This document shows, in pieces, positions 1 through 6,789 of a stretch of 9,010 nt of DNA. A program made the position numbers and the translations under genes. This stretch comes from Octopus sinensis (Eukaryota), in NCBI RefSeq assembly GCF_006345805.1, contig NW_021828161.1:1-9010 (forward strand). The letters are read 5' to 3'. Every line of letters starts with the position of its first letter. Position 1 is the first letter of the stretch. Below the pieces are notes generated by a model. That model did no database searches. It was not told the DNA's origin and was given only the letters and a program-made list of their open reading frames with translations.

Positions 1-677
1 TGCGGGGGCGGGTGGAGGGTGGCGGTGGTCGAGGTGATGGTGGCGGTGGTCGTGGTGATGGTGGTGGTCGTGGTCGTGGTGATGGTGAAGGTGGTCGTGG
101 CGATGGTGGTGCGGTGGTCGTGGCGATGGTGGTGGTGGTCGAGGTGATGGTGGTGGTGGTCATGGCGATGGTGGTGGTGGTCGTGGCGATGGTGGCGGTG
201 GTCGTGGCGATGGTGGCGGTGGTCGAGGTGATGGTGGTGGTGGTCATGGCGATGGTGGTGGTGGTCGTGGCGATGGTGGTGGTGGTCGAGGTGATGGTGG
301 TGGTGGTCGAGGCGATGGTGGTGGTGGTCGTGGCGATGGTGGCGGTGGTTGTGGCGATGGTGGCGGTGGTCGAGGTGATGGTGGCGGTGGTCGTGTCGAT
401 GGTGGCGGTGGTCGTGGCGATGGTGGCCATGGTCGTGGTGATGGTGGCGGTGGGCGTGGTGATGGTGGAGCTGGTGATGGTGGTCGTGGTGTTTGTGGTG
501 GTGGTAGTAGTAGTGGTGGTGATGGTGGGGACGGCGATGGTGGAGGTGGTAATGGTGTTTGTGGTGGTGGTGATGGTGATAGTGGTGGTTGTGGTGGTGG
601 TGGTGATAGTGATGGTGGTGGTGATGATGATGGTGGTGATAATAGTGGGAGTGATGGTGCTGGTAGTGATGGCGATG
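1..677. repeat. GGT-rich minisatellite, 21-nt unit (GGTGGTGGTGGTCGTGGCGAT), decaying into (GGT/GAT)n low complexity
   Basis: 16 exact-length 21-nt units at 128-463, degenerate units at about 18-127, and looser GGT/GAT triplets at 464-677. Confidence 0.95.
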
Positions 678-900
678 GTGGTGCCGAGCTGTTGCTGTTC
701 ATTGTTTTAGTAGAGTATTGGGGGTGGTGTGTGGGGGAGTGATTCTATTTGTTGTGGTGGGAGTTAATGCTGTTGTTGCTGTTGTTGTTGTTATCGTCGG
801 CAGTGGTGTTGGTGGTGGTGGGGTCGTTCTAGATGGTGGTGGTTATTGGTGATAGTCAGAGTGGTGTAGATGGCATCACTTCTCATGTTGATGGTGGTGG
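678..900 (+). repeat. Dispersed diverged duplicate, copy 1 (paralogous to 4863-5062)
   Basis: The first 39 nt (gtggtgccgagctgttgctgttcattgttttagtagagt) match 4863-4901 with 2 mismatches. Colinear blocks follow: ggagttaatgctgttgttg, ttatcgt, ggtggtggggtcgttc, tagatgg.atca.ttctc. Confidence 0.85.
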
Positions 901-949
901 TCATGGTGTTCATGGTGGGGAGATGGTGGCAATATTGGCAGTGGCTATG

Positions 950-1270
950 GAGGTGTTAGCGGGCGAAATGCTGGGCGGTATTTCGTTTGCTGCTACGTTC
1001 TGAGTTCAAATTCCGCCGAAGTCGACTTTGCCTTTCATCCTTTCGGGGTCGATAAATTAAGTACCGTTACGCACTGGGGTCGATTGTAATCGACTAAATA
1101 CTATGTCGACAGACATAGGTATTTAGTCGATTACATCGACCCCAGTGCGTAACTGGTACTTAATTTATCGACCCCGAAAGGATGAAAGGCAAAGTCGACT
1201 TCGGCGGAATTTGAACTCAGAACGTAGCAGCAAACGAAATACCGCCCAGCATTTCGCCCGCTAACACCTC
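950..1270. repeat. Long near-perfect inverted repeat (arms 950-1107 and 1112-1270, 4-nt loop GACA)
   Basis: Manual base-by-base comparison gives no substitutions and three 1-nt indels (near 1065, 1085 and 1119). Confidence 0.97.
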
Positions 1271-1316
1271 TATGTCCCCTCTATGTTTAGCCCCTTGTGG
1301 GTAGTAAAGAAATAGG
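950..1316 (+). mobile_element. tRNA-derived SINE family A, 5'-degenerate copy interrupted by an inverted self-copy (1108-1276)
   Basis: 954-1100 aligns with the full-length copy at 6268-6500 (gttagc..gggcgaaatg, B box agttcaaattcc, tttcatcctttcggggtcgat). The 3' tail (cccctctatgtttagccccttgtgggtagtaaagaaatagg) resumes at 1276-1316. Confidence 0.9.
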
Positions 1317-1463
1317 TATTTCGTTTGCTGCTACGTTCTGAGTTCAAATTCGGCCGAGGTCGACTTTGCCTTTCATCCTTTCGGGGTCGATAAATTAAGT
1401 ACCAGTTACGCACGTTGTTTGTCCCCTCCATGTCTAGGCCCTTGCGGGCAATAAAGAAATAAG
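1315..1463 (+). mobile_element. SINE family A, tandem partial copy with internal deletion
   Basis: ggtatttcgtttgctgctacgttctgag...gtaccagttacgcac, then a jump to the tail ttgtttgtcccctcc...aaagaaataag. It is followed by a 17-nt head fragment, aaacgttagcaagccgg (1464-1480). Confidence 0.9.
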
Positions 1464-1476
1464 AAACGTTAGCAAG

Positions 1477-1675
1477 CCGGTCCATTCATTTCGGTGACAC
1501 AAGGTCCTGTTATTATAACTTGCCTAGACTACATCTACAATGCATGAAACTATTGGTAGCTGGTAACTGTATACTGGGTGCATTAAATGTGTGTATGTAT
1601 GTATGTATGTAGGTGTGACTTTGTTTCTCTGTCTGTTCTCCGCTCCTACTTGACAAAGTGTGTTTACGTTTCCGG
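1477..1675 (+). mobile_element. Internal fragment of SINE family C (homologous to about 2710-2895)
   Basis: Shares ccggtccattcattt, ataacttgcctaga.tacatct.caatgca.gaaactatt, ggtaactgtatactgggt.cattaaatgtgtgtatgtatgt and tgtttacgtttcc with the copy at 2596-2980. Confidence 0.85.
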
Positions 1676-1691
1676 ATTAATGGTAGCTGAG

Positions 1692-2018
1692 GGTGCGTGG
1701 CTCACTAGTTAGAGCATTCGGTTAACGATCTCAAAGTCATGATGTCGATTCCTGACGGTCCATTGTGTTCTTGAGCAAGACCCTTTATTTCACGTTGCTC
1801 CTGTCCACTCAGCTGGCAAAAATGTGTAGTAGCTGTAATTCAATGGGGGGGGGGGGCAGCCTTGTCACGCTGTGTGTCATGCGGAATCTCCCTGAGAACT
1901 ATGTTAAGAGCATGTGTGTCTGCGGAGCACTCAACCACATGCATGTTAATTTCACGACCAAGCGGTTCTGCTGATTGGATCAACTGGAACATTCATCGTC
2001 GTAACCGACGAAGAGCCA
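1692..2018 (+). mobile_element. tRNA-derived SINE family B, diverged full-length copy
   Basis: Degenerate tRNA-like head, then ttgagcaagac.ctttatttcacg.tgctcc.gtcc.ctcagctg, gaatctccctgagaacta and the tail catcgtcgtaaccgacg, all shared with 6499-6770. Confidence 0.88.
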
Positions 2019-2025
2019 GTAATTA

Positions 2026-2297
2026 TTTCGTGGTAGCTGTAGTAGTAGTAATAGTAGTAGTGGTAGTAGCAGCAGCAGATGGTGCCGATGGTGTTATTGG
2101 TAATGATGGCGATGGTTGGTACTGCGGTAGAGACACTGGTGGTGGTGGTGATGGTAGTACTCATCTATGAGGTGTTGTAGTAGTGATAGTCATAGTGCTG
2201 TAGTAGACGTTGAAGTAGGCATAGTGTTGGCTGTAGTAGTGGTAGCAGCCAAGGTTTTGGTGGTGGTTGTGGTGGTGGTGGTGTTAGTGGTAGTAGT
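2026..2297. repeat. (GTA)n/(GGT)n low-complexity tract
   Basis: Imperfect gtagtagta and ggtggtggt runs. Confidence 0.9.
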
Positions 2298-2520
2298 CTA
2301 AAGTTTAAAGAAAGGCACAAATACATTATTTTTACGTTTTGATCATCGTTCGATATATCATTAATGCTAAAGACCCTAAACCTTATGACATAGAGTTCCA
2401 AATGCTTCGTTTTGGGAGAAAATTTCTCATCTTCCGTGTCTCTGCTTGGTTTATACTACAAGAGCGAAAACTGCGAAAAGCACTTTCAATAGTCTTACTG
2501 TTTTGGTTTGATACGGCAAA

Positions 2521-2592
2521 CTGTGTATGTTTGTATGAGAAAGTGTGTGTGACTGAGTGCGTATGTGTGTGTGAATGTGTATATGTGTTTGT
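2521..2592. repeat. Imperfect (TG)n microsatellite
   Basis: tgtgtgtgactgagtgcgtatgtgtgtgtg. Confidence 0.85.
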
Positions 2593-2595
2593 GGC

Positions 2596-2980
2596 GGCGC
2601 ATGGCTTATTGGTTAGGGTGTTGCTCTCATGATCGTAAGATTGTGGTTTCGATTCTTGAACCCAGCGATACGTTATGATTTTGAGCAAAGTACTTCATTT
2701 CATGTTATTCCGGTCCATTCATTTTGCTCAAAATCATAACTTGCCTAGATTACATCTCCAATGCACGAAACTATTAGTAACCGGTAACTGTATACTGGGT
2801 ACATTAAATGTGTGTATGTATGTGTGTGTATGACTGTGTCTCTGTATGTCCTCCGCTTGGTTTTTGACAACCGGTGTTAGTTTGTTTACGTTTCCGTAAC
2901 TTAACGGTTCGGTAAGAGAAAACGATAGAATAAGTATCAGGGTTCAAAAACGAATAAGTTCTGGCGTCCATTCATTCGAC
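2596..2980 (+). mobile_element. tRNA-derived SINE family C (family-B-like head, family-D-like tail)
   Basis: A box tggcttattgg (2602-2612) and B box gtttcgattc (2646-2655). The head resembles family B. The 3' part (ttgacaaccggtgtt...ggttcggtaagagaaaacgatagaataagta...aataagttctggcgtc) aligns with 3548-3660. Confidence 0.85.
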
Positions 2981-2993
2981 ACCAGTATATATA

Positions 2994-3284
2994 CATGGCC
3001 TAGTGGTTAGAGCAGCGGACTCGCGGTCGAGGGATCGTGGGTTCGAATCTCAGACCGGGCGATGTGTGTGTTTATGAGCGAACACCTAAGCTCCACGCAG
3101 CTCCGGCAAAAGGTAATGGCAAACTTCTGCTGACTCTTTTCGCCACAACTTTCTCTCACTCTTTCCTCCTGCATCTTGCAGCTCACCTGCGATGGACTGG
3201 CGTCCCATCCAGGTGGGGAACCTATACGCCAAGGAAACCGGGAAACCGGTCCTAATGGGCCAGGCATGGCACGAGAAAGAACAA
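2994..3284 (+). mobile_element. tRNA-derived SINE family E
   Basis: Clean A box tggcctagtgg (2996-3006) and B box gttcgaatct (3041-3050). The tail cctgcgatggactggcgtcccatccagg...gaaaccgggaaaccgg resembles tails I recall from V-SINE-type elements. It ends in gaaagaacaa. This is the only copy in the window. Confidence 0.85.
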
Positions 3285-3291
3285 TATATAT

Positions 3292-3444
3292 GGCGCAGGA
3301 GTGGCTGTGTGGTAAGTAGCTTGCTAACCGACCACATAGTTCCGGGTTCAGTCCCACTGGCAAGTTTGTGTCTTTGTATAGCCCCGGGCCGACCAATGCT
3401 TTGTGAGTAGATGGTTAGACGGAAAACTGAAAGAACCTGTCGCA

Positions 3445-3499
<55 letters not shown>

Positions 3500-3730
3500 T
3501 ATGTGTGTGTATTTGTTTGTGTGTCTGTGTTTGTCCCCCTAGCATTGCTTGAAAACCGATGTTGGTGTGTTTATGTCCCCGTCACTTAGCAGTTCGGCAA
3601 AAGAGACCGATAGAGTAAGTACTGGGCTTACAAAAATAAGTCCCGGGGTCGATTTTCTCAACTAAAGTCGGTGCTCCAGCATGGCCGCAGTCAAATGACT
3701 GAAACAAGTAAAAGAGAGTAAAAAAGAGTA
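3292..3730 (+). mobile_element. tRNA-derived SINE family D, full length with internal (TA)n/(TG)n
   Basis: A box tggctgtgtgg (3302-3312), B box ggttcagtccc (3345-3355), and the 3' end ggtgctccagcatggccgcagtcaaatgactgaaacaagtaaaagag. It matches an abundant octopus SINE as I recall it, and has a second copy at 3731-3890. Confidence 0.92.
3451..3491. repeat. (TA)n microsatellite inside SINE D
   Basis: About 20 perfect TA units. Confidence 0.97.
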
Positions 3731-3890
3731 TATACAAGACGAGCTTCATTCAGTTCCCAACACCCCAATCCACTCACCAGTTTTTGGTTAGCCCGAGTTA
3801 TAGTTGAAAGCACTTGCCCAAGGTGTCTCATGCAGCGGGACTGAACTCAGAACCATGTGGTTGGGAAGCAACCTTCTTACCGCCTGCGCC
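3731..3890 (-). mobile_element. SINE family D, 5' half, reverse orientation
   Basis: The reverse complement reads ggcgcagg-cggtaagaaggttgcttcccaaccacatggttctgagttcagtcccgctgcatgagacaccttgggcaagtg...gaactgaatgaagctcgtc, colinear with 3292-3445. The A box is partly deleted. Confidence 0.9.
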
Positions 3891-4403
3891 TATAATGTTA
3901 AAATATATAAAAATATTAAAACAAAAGATGAAAAAAACACTCAAACAACAAAGAAACAAAAAACGCTCCACCGATTCGGACAATGTGCAGACTTATAAAT
4001 ATTGATATAATCATTAATTAATTAATTAATGTTAAAGAATTTCGAAGAATTTCGAAAGATAAGTCTGGAATCAAGTACTGTCTACTTACTTCGTACGAAA
4101 TAGTAGAAATGTCCATTGTTTACGTTGGAGAACGTTTTATATGGAAGGAGATAAAGAAAGAAAAAAGATATGGAAGGCGATAAAGAAATAAGAAAAAAAA
4201 ATTCTGGCTAGATATTTTTTCTCAATTGTCGCTGACTTTATTTATTTATTTATTTTGTGTTTATTTCCATTGTTTTGTTGTTAGGTTCCACCCGAGGCCA
4301 TCTGTACGAAAGAGTAAATATTGAAGAATACAGATATCCAAACATTATTCACGCAAACTCACAGATACATATATGCATAGGCACACACATGCGCAAGCTC
4401 ATG

Positions 4404-4412
4404 TATATATAT

Positions 4413-4470
<58 letters not shown>

Positions 4471-4480
4471 GTGTGTGTGT
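4404..4480. repeat. Compound (TA)n(CA)n(TA)n(GT)n microsatellite
   Basis: Direct reading; about 22 TA units at 4426-4469. Confidence 0.95.
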
Positions 4481-4600
4481 CTAAGGATGTGTGTTGTATG
4501 TGTATATATATGTGTATATTTAAAATAATTTTTAAGTATAATTATTATGTATGTGTGTGCTTATATATATATATACGTATATATATGTGTATGTATGTGT

Positions 4601-4609
4601 ATCTGTCTG

Positions 4610-4690
<81 letters not shown>
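4601..4690. repeat. (ATCT)n tetranucleotide microsatellite (GATA family)
   Basis: 20 perfect CTAT units at 4611-4690, preceded by GTCT variants. Confidence 0.97.
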
Positions 4691-4862
4691 ACACTCTATA
4701 TACACGGTATTTCCTTGAAGTTGTTTATTATTCCAGTATATTCTGTGTTGAGTCTGTAAAACAAGTCATGGTCAGCTTGCACTGAATGAACCTGGCGTTA
4801 CAGTTTCGATTCCTGATTGAAACCGATCTAATATTTCTTCACCGATCAAGGCCGCTGATCAC

Positions 4863-5062
4863 GTGGTGTCGAGCTGTTGGTGTTCATTGTTTTAGTAGAG
4901 TGTTAGAGATGGTGGGCGTGGTGATTGCATTGTGGTGGAGTTAATGCTGTTGTTGTTGTTGTTGTTATCGTTAGTAGTGGTATTGATGGTGGTGGGGTCG
5001 TTCGACATGGTGGTATAGTGAGGGTGGTATAGATGGTATCAGTTCTCGTGGTGATGGTGGGG
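4863..5062 (+). repeat. Dispersed diverged duplicate, copy 2 (paralogous to 678-900)
   Basis: Colinear with 678-900; see copy 1. Confidence 0.85.
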
Positions 5063-5199
5063 TATTAAAATAGACCTTCAGGGACTGGGATCATCAGTTC
5101 CCATTGAGTATCATATTCAGTGGGAGCCCATAGTGTGGCGATGTACAGAGAAGAATTTCTACAATTGATGTTACCGAATAGTTTTAACCAAAGATCTGT

Positions 5200-6228
5200 G
5201 TGAATGGAGACGGTGATAGTTATTCTGTCGGCAACTGAAAAGTTATTCAAGTGCAATTTGTTCATATACCTGCAAGGGACTGATATCTCAGCTTTCTTTT
5301 TTGTTCAGCATATGAAAGACTTTGTGATACGGTTAACGGCAGTGTAGCGCCATTATATTTATATTTTACGGGCCGATGGCCAAACTGAGTCCGGCCAGAC
5401 TCTTGAGAAGCTGTCGATAAGGTGTTCTATTTGTTCTTTGCAGTGTGATGCCAAACTCCCTTTGATCGGCAATTCACCTATCTTAGAGTTGGTTCTCAAT
5501 CGGGACAGGCTAAGTAGCTTCCCGTTCGATCTGTTGTGAGGGCAGAGAAAGCACACAGCCTACTTCATGTCGCTGTGCGTGTCGGAAAGTTCCGAAGAGA
5601 TACCGTCAATCTACGGCATTCATATCTGTGTAAAATGATTGAACTATCTTGGAGCTTTCTTTTTTTGTTCAGCATTTGGAAGACTTTTGATTAATGGCAG
5701 TGGAGCGCCATTATATTTATATTTATAATCGCAATAGGATATGAAGACCGTCTGTACTGAGATAGACAAAGGTCATCGCCACGAGGGAGAAGAAAGTAAT
5801 ATTGAGTTTTCTCCTTTTGCTCTCTTATCTCGCGTAGTTGTCGAAGGAAGAACTCGCTTTGATTGTGAGATATTCTTGCCTAAAAACCACACAGAATCAT
5901 GGGACGAACCCTTTCGGTGATTTTCAGTTGTCTATTGAGGACCATTCTGGTAAGTGACCTCGTAAAGGGTTTCTCCCGTAATTGTTACTATCGCTTCTGT
6001 CATTCTGTTCTTATCCAGGATGACAATGTCTTGCCTTGTAGTACTGATCCTCCTTTTAAGCGCTGTCAGAATAGTCCCCCACAAATGGTTTAACAGGGCG
6101 GCTTTTCCCGCACCCGATGGCCTCTGATGAACCTCCCATCTGGTCCTGTTGTCTTGCCAAGGGACAAGCTGTTGAGGGCTTTTTGACAGCCCTACGACTG
6201 TCAGCAACGGATCCAATCACTTCATGAT
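5200..6228 (-). mobile_element. Decayed non-LTR retrotransposon (RTE-clade LINE) ORF2 reverse transcriptase fragment
   Basis: Minus-strand motifs occur in correct RT order across frames: KALNSLSLGKTTGPDG (6135-6182), AGKAALLNHL, IVILDKN, DRSDSNNYG (5975-6001), LTRMVLNRQLKITERVRPMILCGF (5883-5954), FFLRQLREIREQK (5814-5852), STDGLHILL, IVQSFYTDM (5621-5647), GCVLS (5546-5560), RSNGKLLSLSRLRTNSKI and LASHCKEQIEHLIDSFSRV. These match the RTE/BovB-type consensus as I recall it (GDRSDCNNYRGISLL, ARVVLNRLQKLAERVYPESQCGF, FSLRQLQEKCREQ, RSDGKLFNLSRLRAKSKV). There are many stops and frameshifts. The boundary below about 5350 is uncertain. Confidence 0.9.
5290..5724 (+). repeat. Diverged direct repeat of about 75 bp within the LINE relic (5290-5366 and 5653-5724)
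   Basis: Both copies read agctttctttttt(t)gttcagcat.tg.aagacttt...ttaa.ggcagtg.agcgccattatatttatattt. Confidence 0.93.
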
Positions 6229-6232
6229 AGGC

Positions 6233-6770
6233 TAGTAGCTCAGTGGTTACGATATTCGGTTACGATAGGCGGCGAGCTGGCAGAAACGTTAGCGCGCCGG
6301 GCGAAATGCTTAGCGGTATTTCGTTTGCCGTTACGTTCTGAGTTCAAATTCCGCCGAGGTCGACTTCGCCTTTCATCCTTTCGGGGTCGATTAAATAAGT
6401 ACCAGTTACGCACTGGGGTCGATATATTCAACTTAATCCGTTTGTCTGTCCTTGTTTGTCCTCTCTGTGTTTAGCCCCTTGTGGGTAGTAAAGAAATAGG
6501 TTACGATATTCGGTTCACGATCGTAAGGACCTGCGATCGAATTCCGGCGGCGCGTTGTGTCCTTGAGCAAGACACTTTATTTCACGCTGCTCCAGTCCGC
6601 TCAGCTGATAAAAATGAATTGTACCTGTAATTCAAAGGGGGCCAGCATTGTCACATTCTTTGTCATGCTGAATCTCCCTGAGAACTACGCATGTCGCAGT
6701 AACACGTTACTTTCTCAAGCGTTGATACAATCGACAGGAGCACACATCGTCGTAAACGACGGAAAACCAG
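6233..6770 (+). mobile_element. SINE family B, split by insertion of a family A SINE
   Basis: A box tagctcagtgg (6236-6246) lies upstream of the insert. The remainder (ggttacgatattcggttcacgatcgtaagg...ttgagcaagacactttatttcacg...catcgtcgtaaacgacgg) lies at 6499-6770 and is homologous to 1692-2018. Confidence 0.88.
6268..6498 (+). mobile_element. SINE family A, full length, flanked by a target-site duplication
   Basis: Head ggcggcgagctggcagaaacgttagc, B box agttcaaattcc (6341-6352), tail tagtaaagaaata. It is flanked by ggttacgatattcggtt(c)acgat at 6245-6266 and 6499-6521. Confidence 0.93.
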
Positions 6771-6789
6771 GTGGGCACCCTAAGACGTG

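Noticed and set aside
244-702. Extensin-like (SPRPPPP)n ORF on the minus strand
   Set aside because: It is the antisense reading of the minisatellite, and the repeat frame is broken by TGA at 244-246 and 160-162.
12-710. Val/Met-rich 232-aa ORF as a membrane protein
   Set aside because: It is an out-of-phase translation of GGT/GAT repeats after a 1-nt shift near 111.
2298-2632. Non-repetitive stretch and ORF 2339..2632 as a host exon
   Set aside because: No recognisable homology, and the ORF runs into a TG repeat and a SINE head. Without expression data an exon cannot be supported.
2994-3060. Possible tRNA gene (good A and B boxes)
   Set aside because: I could not build a convincing acceptor or anticodon stem, and the sequence runs on into a SINE body and tail. 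The same applies to the other SINE heads.
1270-3445. Short ORFs overlapping SINEs (1270..1485, 1765..1974, 3007..3396, 3037..3255, 3086..3445, 3192..3410; likewise 6240..6431 and 6557..6838)
   Set aside because: They are incidental frames in repeat sequence with no recognisable domain.
4765-4815. Possible degraded SINE head (gtttcgattcc B-box-like at about 4803-4813)
   Set aside because: There is no convincing A box and no body homology to any family in the window.
6075-6125. Apparent Walker A motif (RPSGAGKAALLNHL) in minus ORF 5932..6216, suggesting a P-loop NTPase
   Set aside because: It lacks GK[ST] and any Walker B or G3 motif. It sits directly after the RT motif GPDG and matches the AGKxALLxHL stretch of RTE ORF2, so it is part of the LINE relic.
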